Origin: Lytechinus pictus | Lineage: Eukaryota | Direction of reading: 5' to 3' | Length of the DNA stretch: 64,000 nucleotides | NCBI RefSeq assembly: GCF_037042905.1 | Contig: NC_087250.1 | Coordinates: forward strand, 20,586,001 to 20,650,000 | The notes under the pieces: generated by a model | Told to the model about the DNA's origin: nothing | What the model saw: the letters and a program-made list of their open reading frames with translations, nothing else | Databases searched by the model: none | Made by a program: the position numbers and the translations under genes | Shown here: piece after piece, positions 51,401 through 64,000 of the stretch | How the letters are laid out: each line of letters opens with the position of its first letter | Position numbering within the stretch: position 1 is the stretch's first letter

Positions 51401-54400
51401 TTAAAGGGCAAATATACCATATATTACTCGATATTGCGATGAAATGACACCAAAAAACAACCTTTGTAACAGTATTTTTTTCTCTATCAGCTACATTGTA
51501 AAGAAATGAGGGCGCAGCAAAGCCTACCCCCCCCCCCTTTGTGGGACCGCCGGAGTCTTCCGTCCTTTTTTCGGGTTTTGCCCATTTCTTGGAAAAATTT
51601 TTGAGCCCCATTGAAGGGAATAGACGTTTCTGCTTTGCAAAAAAGTCACTTTTATTGTTGTTTACCACTTAGGGATAAAAGAGTAGAGTTTTCTCTATCT
51701 GCTACATAATTACAAAGAAGTGCTGGTACAGCAAAGCCTATCCCCTCTGGGGACTGCCAAAGTTACCCACCCTTTTTACGTATTTTACACATTTATGGAA
51801 AAATATGCTAATTTGGAGCCCCGATTGAGGCAAAAAACGTTTCTGATATGGAATAAAGCCACTCTCATTCTTTTGAAACTACATGGAGATAAAAGAGTAG
51901 AGTTTCCTCTATCTGCTACATATAAAAAAGTGCTAGCATATTGAAGTATACCCCCTTAAGGGGGCGTCGAAATCACCTACCCCTTTTCCATATTTTACCT
52001 ATTTATGGGAAAATGCTATTTTCGATCCCCATCGAGGCAAAAAGTGTTGCTGCTATGTAGTAGGACAATTTTTATTGTTTTTAAACTATATGGAGACGAA
52101 AGAGTAGTGTTTTCTCTATCAGCTACATATAAAGAAGTGTTGGCATATTGGAGCATACCCCCCTTAGGGGGTCGCCAAAATCCCCCACCCCTTTTCCATA
52201 TTTTACCTATTTATGGGAAAATATGCTATTTTCGAGCCCCCATTGAGGCAAAAAATGTTTCTGCTATATAGTAAAGCCAGTTTTATTCTTTTGAAACTAC
52301 GTGAAATTAAATGAGTAGACTTTCTTCTATCTGCTGCTAGTAAGTGGTTGCACAGCAAAGCCAATCCCCTCTGGGGGTTTCCAAAGTCACCCACCCCTTT
52401 TCCATATTTATTTCCAATATATGGGAAAATCTTGGAGCCTCTGAAGAAGGTAGAAGTCGATATGCCAGCACTCTTTTTACATGTAGCTGATAGAAAAAAG
52501 CCTATTCTTTTATTTCCAAGTGGTTTCCAAAATCAAAACTAGCTTTACTATATCGCAGAAATGCCCTTTTGCCTGAATGGGGGCTCAAACACTGCAATTT
52601 TTTCAATAAAGAGGGAAAATATACTTAAAATTTGGAAGAGTTCGGCAGCCCCTGAAGGGGGAAGGCTTCAGTGTGCTACCACATCTTTGTGTAACTGATA
52701 AAGAAGATCATACTTTGTCATCTTTATGTGCTTACAAAACAAAAACAAGGGCTTTACTGCAAGGCAGAAACACCCTTTGCCTCAATGGTTCTCCAAAATG
52801 ACGAATTTTCCGAGAAATTGGCAAAGTACGAAAAACGGATTGGGTGACTTTGGCAGCCCCCTGAGGGGTAGGCTTTGCTATGCCCTAACTTCTTTATAAG
52901 TAGCTGATAGAGAAAAGCCTACTCTTTTGTCTCTAAGTGATTTGAAGGAAAAAATACATACCCAAAACAAAATTTTGCCACATAGGGGGCTCCGAAAAGC
53001 ACGATATCATAATAGCCAAGCTACGGATAAGGGTGTGGTATGTAACCTTCTACTGGCTCTTGTGGGACTATGCTTTAAGGTGCCCGAGAGTAATTGCATG
53101 CAAAATGAAAATGCAGAGCAATGCCTCGATCCTCTATCTTTTTCAAGAGATTTCATTATTATAAAAGTTGATTTGTGTAGAAAACGTTTTTTACCCTCAT
53201 ACACATGATACAATTAATACATACCTTTCTATCGATCGCTAAGCACGTTACATGCATTTCTGCATGTTAGGCACATCAACATGCAAGATTAAGCACATAG
53301 ATGTCAATGCACATGATTATTTTGGTTCAAATTTTTTTGATGAATTCTTGTTTTTTTCCAAAACCGGACTATTCAGAAAACAATTTCAACCGATTTCTAC
53401 TATCCAAATTAAGTAAAATGCGTATTCATTTAAGATTGTCCCATTGTCAGACTCTGTGCAATAAAATATGAAAAAAATGATTTTCATTAAAAAAAGTCCA
53501 AGAGGGCCGCCAAAGATATCAATTTTGAACCCCGTTGGACACGATTTTGCAAAGGGAACATCAAGATTAATTAACTAGACACTTCAGGCAAATACAAAAA
53601 CGTTGAGTGAAAAATATTTTGATGGTAGGGCCTACACAGGTACCCCCTTATCCGACTCGACTACAACGATGCAGTCATACATGGTGTATGTTCGTTGTTG
53701 AAAACTAGACTGAAAACGTAGCCTATAGACTGCCCAGTGGGCAATCAATCTTTGCTGAAATCATTTATTTATCAGCAGAGACATAATGAAGATGAAAATA
53801 TGTTGTTTGGACGATTTAATATCATGCAAAATGCAGAAAACATCAATAAAGTAGGCATATCGTTCGCACACCTCAGCTAGATGGGGTTATATGGTAAAAA
53901 TAGGCCCAAAACGCACGATTTCTATGTGCGCATTATATTGAAAATGGGGCTGAAATCACAGTCTATAATGTCATTACTAATTACTGGCATATATTTTCTA
54001 AAAGTAGAGATATAGATGAAGAGAGTGATATTATGCTTGAGAGGAAATATATCAAATAAAATGCACTAAAAAAGAAAATAAATTTCTGAATCGATTTTCG
54101 ACAATTTTTGGTGCAAGAAATCTCCCAAACTAATGATATGCAAATTTCATTACGTAATTTGCATACGTAAACAATAATTTCTGTTCGTGAAATAGTTCAT
54201 ATCTCTCGTGCACTATTTGAACAAAATATTTTGAAAGTTTCATACAAAACAAGCATGGTTTGGCTGAGATATTCTCCCTTGACTTCATGCTATGTGTAGA
54301 ATGTCAAAAAAATTGTGAAATAGGGCCATTTTGTAGTGACGTCATATATTACGTCATTTCGGAGGGAAGACCACGGATAGAACCCGGCAGCAATGCATTT

Positions 54401-57400
54401 TTGTAAACTTCAGGGTCTATGCCATCCAGCTATGGGGTCAGTTGCTTGTCCGGCTTTCGGTTGAATAAACCTCCTGGGCTGCCGGACTATTAGTGGGATG
54501 CTTATGACAGCATTTTCGATACATATTTTTTCAGTTATCGAAATTTATGGGGGAGGGGATGGCAATTTGGAGGGGGGGGGGGGTTGGCGAAACCCCCTCC
54601 CCCCCCCCCCTTGGTGCCGCCACTCTAGGTTCCGCTTACCTGCAGTTTCAGTGGTTGTTTCCGGTTGACTTTGAGTAGGTGGATGTGATGTAGTTGTAGG
54701 TGCTGGCGATGGAGCCGGGACGGGAGCAGGAGGAGCAGCAGGAGCTGGAGCTGGAGCTGGAATATATACCTTGAATATGATATCGGGTACGTGTACTGCA
54801 GGTGATGGTGCTGGTGCGGGTGCCGGATTCGTAACTGCTACGCTGCTTGACGTACTGGTCGTTGCGGTAGGACTGGTTCTAAGCGAATCTGTTAACGGCT
54901 CTCTTGTACTGCCGCTGATTGTAGTTGCCGGTTGACCACCGAAAGTTACTGATATCTGGACAAGGGTGGCGCTTTCAGACAATTGTGAATATGGTGCAGT
55001 TGAGATCACAGGGGCCGACATCAAACCAGAATTATCGCTCTGGGCCAAGGTGGTCTGAATAGATGAATCAAGGTCAGAACTGGCTGATGTTATTTCATCC
55101 GAACTCAGCACAGTACTCAGGCCAAGCTGTGAACTCTCTGACATCGCTGATGCGTTAACAGTGGACATCACTGAAATTTGTTGCGATAGTTCAGTTGCTC
55201 CTTGTGCCATAGTAGTCTGAACAATTGTTTGGGAATTATTGTGAGAGGACAGTACAGCTTCTGAAGTGTAACCTGAAGCCAAGATTGATGTGGATTCATC
55301 GAAGATACTGATATCACTTCCGGTTAAGACTTGGCAGTTTGAAGGGTTCATACATGTTGGAGATTCAACGGTAGAGGGCGATGTAACTCCAGAAATGTGG
55401 CTAAAGACTGATGACACTGCGGCTGTCATCGCAGGCGTGAAACGTGATACAGCTTCCGAAGATACAATGGTCATTGTAGTGGGAAGCACTGTCGCTGCAT
55501 CGGTGGATTCTTCTACTTTTCCAGAGGAACCTGACAATCCTGATGGAGTTGTTGATATCTGAGACGCGCTTGTAAAGGACACACCTGTTCCTGATGGACC
55601 CTGAATCGTGTTAGTTTTAGGAGTTCCAACTACAGATCTTGTCACTCCTGTCGTTTCCGAAATGGATAATGAATCTGGCACTGTATCTAGCGTTGATATA
55701 TCAGATGTACGACTTAAGGATTGTTGCGACGTATATGATGAATCTACATCGCTTGTAGAAATTTGTTGCGATAGTTCAGTTGTTCCTTGTTCCATAGTCG
55801 TCTGAACAATTGTTTGGGAATTATTGTGAGAGGACAGTACAGCTTCTGAAGTGTAACCTGAAGCCAAGATTGATGTGGATTCATCGAAGATACTGATATC
55901 ACTTCCGGTTAAGACTTGGCAGTTTGAAGGGTTCACACATGTTGGAGATTTAACGATAGAGGGCGATGTAACTCCAGAAATGTGGCTAAAGACTGATGAC
56001 ACTGCGGCTGTCATCGCAGGCGTGAAACGTGAATATACAATGCTTTCTTGGGATGATACAGCTTCCGAAGATACAATGGTCATTGTAGTGGGAAGCACTG
56101 TCGCTGCATCGGTGGATTCTTCTACTGTTCCAGAGGAACCTGACAATCCTGATGGAGTTGGTGATATCTGAGACGCGCTTGTAAAGGACACACCTGTTCC
56201 TGATGGACCCTGAATCGTGTTAGTTTTAGGAGTTCCAACTACAGATCCTGTCACTCCTGTCGTTTCCGAAATGAATAATGAATTTGGCACTGTATCTAGC
56301 GTTGATACATCAGATGTACGACTTAAGGATTGTTGCGACGTATATGATGAATCTACATCGCTTGTAGATTGAATGGTCTGTCGCGATAATTGTTCGGACG
56401 GACTGAAATACACCTGGGTGGTCATGCCAACGTCAGATGCAGAAGTACCTGGGAACAGTGTACTCTGAGGTGAAGGTCCAGGTTGTGATGGGTCAACCGA
56501 ACCTGTTGAATCCTGACTTAATATGAGTGAGTTGTATGTTGTGCTGGGAATCAAACTCACCTCATCGGTGGTTGGCTGAACTGTTGATAGGACTGTTCCA
56601 CCCCCACTATCAGCTACAGAAGACGAATCTAAAGATAAAACCGGAAGACTGGACACAGATTCAGTCGATCCCAGCATACCTGAATACATTACTGAAACCC
56701 TCACACCTGGAGATGGCTCTACAGTCGCACTCTGTGTAATGGTTGTCAAATCAGAAGTGTCTTCCGTGGACATCAAGGAGCTGGCTGCTGTGGAACCTGT
56801 TTCAGTCGATCCCAGCATTCCTGATGACATTATTGAAACAGCCACATCAGAAGATGGTTCCACAGTCGCACTCTGTGTAATGGTTGTCGAATCAGAAGTG
56901 TCTTCCGTGGACATCAAGGAGCTGGCTGCTGTGGAACCTGTTTCAGTCGATCCCAGCATTCCTGATGACATTATTGAAACAGCCACATCAGAAGATGGTT
57001 CCACAGTCGCACTCTGTATAATGGTTGTCGAATCAGAAGTGCCTTCTGTGGATACCAAGTAGGTCGCTCCGGTGGGATCTTTTTCAGTCGATCCCAGCAT
57101 TCCTGATGACGTTATTGAAACAGCCACATCAAAAGATTGCTCTACAGTCGAAATCTCTAGAATGGTTGTCGAACCGGAAATGCCTTCCGTCGACACCGAG
57201 TAGGTTGCTTCTGCGGAATCTGCACTTGTATGGACAAAAGATGAGTCTACGGTGGTACCAGATACCGATGATCCAAGATATGAAAGTGTGCCAGTTTTCT
57301 TTGATGCGTCTGTTGCAAGTGTCCCAGTATCCGTCCATTCAATCACTGAACTTGTAGCCGATGATTCGACCGTAGAAAATGCAGAATCATGTTGTGTGAC

Positions 57401-57604
57401 TGATGGCGACTCAACGTACAAACTGGATGGCACGTCAGTGAATGTTTGAAAAGTCGCCGCGGCTGTTACCGATAAGTCGCCACTCTGTTGAATACTGACA
57501 TCCATGGAAACAGACGAGACGTCACTAGCAGTTGAAAGTGCACACGCGAGGCTTGCGCTCATTACAATTATAAATATTAAATGAATGTTTCTTAACTTCG
57601 CCAT
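48138..57604 (-). CDS. Mucin-like Ser/Thr-rich type I transmembrane protein, 2 coding exons (54640-57604, 48138-48472), 1099 aa
   Basis: Signal peptide MAKLRNIHLIFIIVMSASLACA; long S/T ectodomain; Pro/Ala stalk; donor GCAG|gtaagc phase 1 matches acceptor ccatag|AT; TM ILIFAGATLFFVGVVVVIVICIV followed by a short cytoplasmic tail. Confidence 0.85.
49515..49875 (-). mobile_element. tRNA-derived SINE (Deu-domain-like core)
   Basis: Reverse strand has GTGGTGTAGTGG, GTTCGAATCCC, ACCCAGGTGCTAAATGGGTACC and an AAGCGCTATATAA tail. Confidence 0.78.
50098..54488. mobile_element. Foldback-like non-autonomous element: ~1.1-kb terminal inverted repeats and internal ~210-bp subrepeats, in the mucin intron
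   Basis: 50098-~51200 is the reverse complement of ~53370-54488 (AGTCCGGCAGCCCAGGAG..); TCTCTATC(A/T)GCTACAT recurs every ~210 bp and flips strand near 52460. Confidence 0.88.
54640..57604 (-). CDS. Mucin-like gene exon 1 (signal peptide + S/T-rich ectodomain)
   Basis: Single ~3-kb open frame; splice donor at 54639. Confidence 0.88.
55173..56368 (-). repeat. In-frame tandem duplication (~585-609 nt) in mucin exon
   Basis: STSDVDSSYTSQQSLSRTSD...ELSQQIS occurs twice; the second copy lacks 8 codons. Confidence 0.92.
56660..57215 (-). repeat. 141-nt (47-aa) coding tandem repeat, ~3-4 copies, in mucin exon
   Basis: QSATVEPSSDVAVSIMSSGMLGSTE.. unit; ctgatgacat recurs at 56821 and 56962. Confidence 0.9.
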
Positions 57605-58312
57605 GACTTCCAGTGTCAGTGGATTTCATGAATCGACATTCTGATGTTATATCTGCGCATGAGATGGCCCGAAGAAAATGTCAGCTCTCTGCTAATAGAT
57701 TCTGAAAGCATATCAGCTTATCGTCCGGGTAATACAACACTTCGGTGTGGGGGGGGGGGGTAAATGGAACTATAAATCTATTACATTGGTCAATTATATT
57801 CTGTTATATGATATTTAAGATGAAATAGCTTTCATAATTATTCATTGCTTAGTTGGGTTCATGTTGTGTTAATGAGCATTCAGATGACATGTGTCTACAC
57901 TTAGCACGATACCGTTTGTGGTTAAGGGACGTTTCCAAGGCCAAAATTGATGTGGGTATTCCTCTTGAAATATATTCCTCCAATGAACAAGATTCCTGAT
58001 TAATCTTCGATTAACTCCATGCTTTGTCTTGATCTGTTTCAAACTGTAAAGAAAAGAATTGAGGAAAATTCAATAAAATCATTCAATCAACTAAATTTCT
58101 CATTATCTCCGAATTTTTACTCAACTTATTTCTATGTTCCACGAATTACACGGATTATTTTCATTTGGTCCAACGGGAATGTTTGGAATGTCGTTGACAA
58201 AAACATATAAACTCCATGGTTTTAAAAACATTCATGATCTCGGTGCCCCTTACTTAATTAAGATTCCCTTAATACTATTTATCATAACTATTCCTTACGC
58301 TCAATTGGAAAC

Positions 58313-61300
58313 TTGAATTCGTCCATAAATGATGAAGAAATTGATATCGATGGTTATTCTATATTAAGACGAGATCGTGCAGGCGACCATGGTGGTGGGG
58401 TCTGCCTTTATATTAAAAATGATATTGCATTTAATCTAAGAGAAGATCTTACACCTGATGGTATTGAATCATTGTGGATCGACATTCTATTACCACATAC
58501 AAAGCCTATTACTTTAGGTGTAGTCTACAGACCCCCGAGAGACAATCACTTTATTGATTCTCTCTCTGATATATTGGACATATTAACAAAAGATGATGAG
58601 GTTATACTTTTAGGGGACATGAATATTTGTCTATTACAACAATCAGCACTGACCAAAAGATACAAGAATATTTTGAATTTATATGGTTTTAGCCAACTTA
58701 TAACAAAACCCACCCGAACTACACCTACCACTTCTTCATTAATAGACCATTTAATTTGTAGTAAAGAAGAAAATATTTGTCAAAGTGGTGTTTTTGAAAT
58801 TGGCTTAAGTGATCACTTTTTAACGTATTGTTCAAGGAAACTTATCAGGCCTGTATTCGGGCAACATAGAACTATAAGCATTCGATGTATGAAAAACTAT
58901 TGTGAAAATGATTTTAATTTCGTTTTATCTCAAATTAATTGGTCTGTTATATTTGAATGTAATGAAGTAAATATTGCTTGGTCACACTTCAAAAGTATTT
59001 TCATGTCAGTAGTTGATAAGTGTGCGCCTCTAAAACAAGTAAGAATTAAGCAAAGAACAGAAAGATGGATGAACAGTGAAATTATTGGTTTGATAAGACA
59101 ACGAAATATAGCTTTCAGGAAAATGAAAAAGGATATTGGTAATTTAGAACTCGAAAGGAAATTTAAACTATTGCGAAATGTGGTACAAAGAAAAGTGAGG
59201 AAAGCTAAAGACGAATTTTTCCAAAATCAAATTGAAGACAATAAACATGATTCTAGGAAATTATGGAAGAATCTCAAAGAGTTAGGTTTAAAAAACAAAC
59301 AGAAAAATATTCAGAAAAGTGTTATTAATATTGAAGGGGAATTATGTCATGATAATCTAAAGATAGCCAACGAATTCAACAATTATTTTACAACAGTGGC
59401 CGATAAATTAGCCTGTGAGCTCCCCATTACGGACAGAAGTGAGTTTGGGGCCGACAGTCCTAATTTAAAAAAACTATACGACAATAAAGGTATACAAAGA
59501 GGCTGTTTTAATTTTTCTCCTGTCACAGAAAAGTTTGTATTAGATGAATTATCCAAGTTGAAAATATCAAAAAGTACCGGACTTGACTTGGTTCCTGCTA
59601 GATTTTTAAAGGATGGTGCAAAAAACGTCTTTATACCTTTAACTTACATTATTAACCTATCTATTTCAACTTGTACCTTCCCTGATGAAATGAAAATCGC
59701 TAAAGTCACACCACTACACAAAAAGAAAGACAAAACTCACGTTGGCAATTATAGACCTATTAGTGTGTTAAGCATAATGTCGAAAATTTTGGAGAAATGC
59801 GTGTATTCTCAAATTGATAAATACTTTAAAGAATACAAAATCATTTATGAATTTCAGTCTGGTTTTAGGAATGGTTATTCTACTGAAACATGTTTAATTC
59901 ACTTGTTGGATTTTGTTAGGAATGAAATTTCCGAAGGCCGTTATGTTGGCATGGTTCTTCTTGACTTACAAAAAGCATTCGATACGGTTAATCATGAAAT
60001 ACTCTTAAAGAAATTAGAAGTGATGGGTTTGAATTCAGCATGCTTGAATTGGTTTAGGTCTTACTTGACCAATCGCCGTCAAGTGGTATCCATGCAAAAT
60101 GTACTTTCATATTCTATGCCTATAAAGTGTGGAGTTCCACAGGGGAGCATATTAGGTCCCATTCTTTTTATGTGCTATATCAATGATATGTGTATTTGTG
60201 TTAATGAAAGTAAATTACTTTTATATGCAGACGACAGTGTTTTACTCTATTCTGATACAAGTCCTAAGCTGATCGGTGAAAAACTTAGCTTAGAATTATC
60301 AAATTGTGTTAAATGGATGATAGATAACAAGCTTAGCTTACATGTTGATAAGACTGAAAGTATTTTGTTTTGTTCGCGGGGTAAGTCTAAGCATACAGAT
60401 GATTTCAATATATACTATAACAATCAATTAATTAAGAGACAGAATTCCGTGAAGTATTTAGGCCTGATATTAAATAGTGATCTCTCATGTACATCCATGG
60501 TTGACTCTATTGTCAAAAAAGCTAATGCTCGCTTGAAATTTCTATACCGGTACCAAAATTGCATGAATACGAAATCCAGACGCATTTTAAGCTTTTCATT
60601 AATGCAGTGTTTATTTGATTATGCTAATGCAGCATGGTACTGCAGTCTTGGAAAGGTTGATCAAAAAAAGTTTATAATTATTCAAAATAAGATTGTTAGA
60701 TTTATTACTTGCTTACACCCAAGAACACATGTTGGGAAGAATGAAATCGAAAAAGATGGCCTTCTTCGCATAGACTTGAGGTCGCAACAACTTATACTTC
60801 ACCATGTTCATAAAATTTTCTATTCAAACGAATATCATTACATATCAAAAAATTTTACACGGTCATCTAATATTCACGGGCATGAAACAAGAAATAGTCT
60901 GTTTAACTTTGTTGTACCTATGAGAAAAGGTCAAATTGGTAACACATTTTATTATAAAGGTATACATTTTTGGAATTCCCTCCCTAATCGTGTTAAATCG
61001 GTTAAGACTTTTTCACAATTTAAAAGAGTATTGAAACAACACTTAAAAAATGTCCCCACTCTGTAATTTTAAATATTGTAGTCTTATATATAACTATTTA
61101 GATATGATTTTTTTTAATCAACTTGTTTTACATTGTTTCATCATCTTTTGTTGTTTGCGTGAAAGTTTGATGTCAAACTTATTTGTACTTTTTCATATCT
61201 TAGGTTTTACGATTCATGAATCTTGTATTAGTTACGATGCATTTACCGCTACCTAAAAATTGATCATTAGTATAATTCTCATATGTAACTTAGAAGTAAT

Positions 61301-61635
61301 GATCGTTTACTCAGCCTGTTTTACAATTATTTTAATCATATTTTGTTGACTGCGTGTTTTTCATGGCAAACTTATTTGCTTTTGTCTTTTTATATATTAA
61401 GTTTTACAATTCATCGTGTTAATTTAGTGGTCTAGACTTAATTGATGTAGTTTGTAGATTTCTATAGGTGTTTTTTCATAGATGTACATTGTCTTCAATT
61501 ACTGATGTAAGGACCCCATTGGAAATAAGCCATCTCGGCTTTCATGGGTTATCCTGTCAAGGTATACACTTCTGTTCATATTTTCTTGTACTTGTTCATA
61601 GTTACCTGACAAATAAAATCAATCAATCAATCAAT
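58313..61635 (+). mobile_element. L2/CR1-group LINE with uninterrupted ~917-aa EN-RT ORF2 (58313-61066), 3' UTR and (AATC)n tail; 5'-truncated
   Basis: GGGVCLY, YRPP, GDMNI, SDH, NYRPIS, QSGFR, GVPQGSILGP, YADD; tail aaataaaatcaatcaatcaatc. Confidence 0.93.
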
Positions 61636-62139
61636 TATCTTTACCTAAGCCACGTACTGAATCATGTCGTCGAATGTTTTCATCGCATCGCAATTTAATT
61701 CTTTATCTCCTTCTATAAAATCTTCTTCTAATTACAATACATTCATTAGGACACTTAATGACCAAATTCTGAAAACTATTTCCCTTTAAGCCAAAGTTCA
61801 AGAATATATAATTTGGGGAATTGGTGGCTGGGGGTAGTTACTCGGTTTCTACTGTAGGGTGGGGTGGGGTTGCTGTTTTTTCTCCCTTTAACTGATGTTG
61901 CTTTTATGTTATACAAATTTTTTAATAATTTTTTTTTTGCAACATGAATTTCATCTTGTTTATTTGATACATCTGGACCCCTAGGCAGGGCAGTGGTGCT
62001 ATAAGGGCTCAGCTGAGTAGGGCTATCCATCAAATTTTATTTTATCATGTATTATATTATCATGATTATGTTGTAATTTTATATGTATTGTTTTTGTATT
62101 GGCAAATAAAATAAAAAATAATAAATGAAATCAAAAGCC

Positions 62140-62520
62140 AATTCCTCCAATTGACAACTCGTCTATCATTTGGCCTGTCATCAGTTCGTCCAACATCCAA
62201 ATGGTCTAATTGCCATTTCGTCCACTCACCATTTCGTTAAATAACCAGTCGGTCCAATAGCCATTTTGTCCATATAGTATTTGGTCTAATTAGACTAAGT
62301 GTTAATTGGGCAAATGAATGAAAATAAAACGAATATTAGACTTGTTAGACCAACTGGTTATGAGACGAAATGGTCATAGACAAGCTGGTGATTAGACGAA
62401 GTGATGACTGGACCAAATGGTTTCAAACGATTTTTTGATGGATGGAATAGCGTACGAATAAATGACAGTAGACCATGTGGTAAGTGGACGAGTTGGAAAT
62501 CGGACGAACTGGCAATTTAA
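62140..62520. mobile_element. Palindromic repeat family built of TCGTC(T/C)A/TAGACGA subrepeats; related copy ~20570-20925
   Basis: Left half ccatttcgtc../ggtctaat, right half attagac../gacgaaatgg. Confidence 0.6.
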
Positions 62521-63840
62521 CGAATTACACAGGTACTTTCCTCAAAATTTTATCCAGGAACTTCTGATTTTTAACGATGTAAGGGTTATCATGCCTCTGC
62601 GAGTAATACCTGAAATTCGTTCATAAATATTTCCCAAAAATATCAAAATATTAATTCTCCAAAATATTAAACTAAGAAACTATTAAATGCGTAAATTATC
62701 AAGCATATTTCCTTAAAATTATAATCCGTTTTCAGGAAGATATTTGCAGTTCAATGTATTTTATATTTCTAATGTCTTATGTAAATTTCTTGTCAAAACG
62801 TCTCTGTAACATATGTGTTACTATATTACGTGTATATTATTATGCAGAAGAAATATAAATCAATCAAATTAAATCTAAGGAAACGGCAGTCAAGTAATTT
62901 GTTTTTCATGAAAAAATCACATTATATCATGGATATGTATGTTTTGATATTCAGGATTAGTCCAATGTCTATTGAATGAATCATGTATGTTATAAGCATC
63001 ACTAATAAACTCCTCAAAAAAAGTTTGGAAATCTGACTTTGATCGATAATTCCTCATCGGCTTTTAGTAAATATCAATGTGTAATTAATATCAATGAACA
63101 AATCATTTAATTTCCTTTAAAATTATACCCTACATGATGTGTGATTATCGTTCACATGGAGGTGCAGTGCCTTGAAATGTGGGGCAAGGTCAAAATTCAA
63201 AAGTTGCAAAATGACACAATATTGAAAGTCACTCTTCTTTTTTCAGTGGTGATGAGTGGGTTTCTCATCGGTTTCTTTTAATTATTTTCATGCACCTTAA
63301 CGTCAACATTAACATGGAATCAAACACACCTCTGCACAAGCAAACACATAACAAACAAACATGCATGGGTATTTCAAACCACGACTAAAACCATGTCATC
63401 TCACAGTCACAAAACCATCACTACAGAAGCAGGGGCTTGATTTGAATGGATTTTCAGCATGTCTATTGACACAGACAAAGGAATCATGTTCTGTATTGAC
63501 CCTTCATGACTATTTCTGCTCGTTTTGCAGCTTTTCAATTTAGACCTCATCCAACACTTTTGAATCCTGCTCCTGCTCTTGATGGCATGATCAAAACAAG
63601 CATGGTATCATTTGAAAGAAAATTAAATGATCTTTTGAATGATGTAAAACTATGCATTGTGTAAAATTGGGAGTTGGGAAAAATTAATGGCCAAACACAG
63701 ATTTCCAAACTTTTTTTGAGGGGTTTAGAAACAGGGACCTGGGAACGATTTTTTCAGTGGGGGTGCTGAAATCTCTCCTCAGAGGTGGGGGGGGGGGGCA
63801 GACACAATTGAGTTAAACATAATTACACACACACACATAC

Positions 63841-63894
<54 letters not shown>

Positions 63895-64000
63895 TACATC
63901 TATATGACAGTCACTTCTTGGCTTTCTTCTTATAAAAGAACATAAATATATAATTAGATAATTCGAGCGCGAAGCGCGAGCTATTTTTTGTGGAAATATC

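Overview
Eukaryotic, AT-rich, repeat-dense animal DNA; the repeat landscape suggests an invertebrate deuterostome, probably a sea urchin (inference). Two spliced minus-strand genes were reconstructed by hand with phase-compatible GT-AG junctions. (1) A complete 12-exon LIV-1-family ZIP zinc transporter (ZIP4/ZIP12-like; CDS 29252->574, 966 aa). (2) A 2-exon Ser/Thr-rich mucin-like type I membrane protein (57604->48138, 1099 aa). The rest is LINEs, tRNA-derived SINEs, many non-autonomous DNA transposons/MITEs, a foldback element, satellites and microsatellites. Main finding: exon 4 of the ZIP ectodomain encodes a 78-nt tandem array of His/Asp-rich 22-mers, each separated by a furin site (RKRR/RRRR). 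This is a prohormone-like polyprotein inside a metal transporter that could release multiple metal-chelating peptides. The same gene has three MTF-1-type MREs just downstream of a TATA box, and an intronic duplication creating a decoy exon that would give an ectodomain-plus-one-helix isoform.
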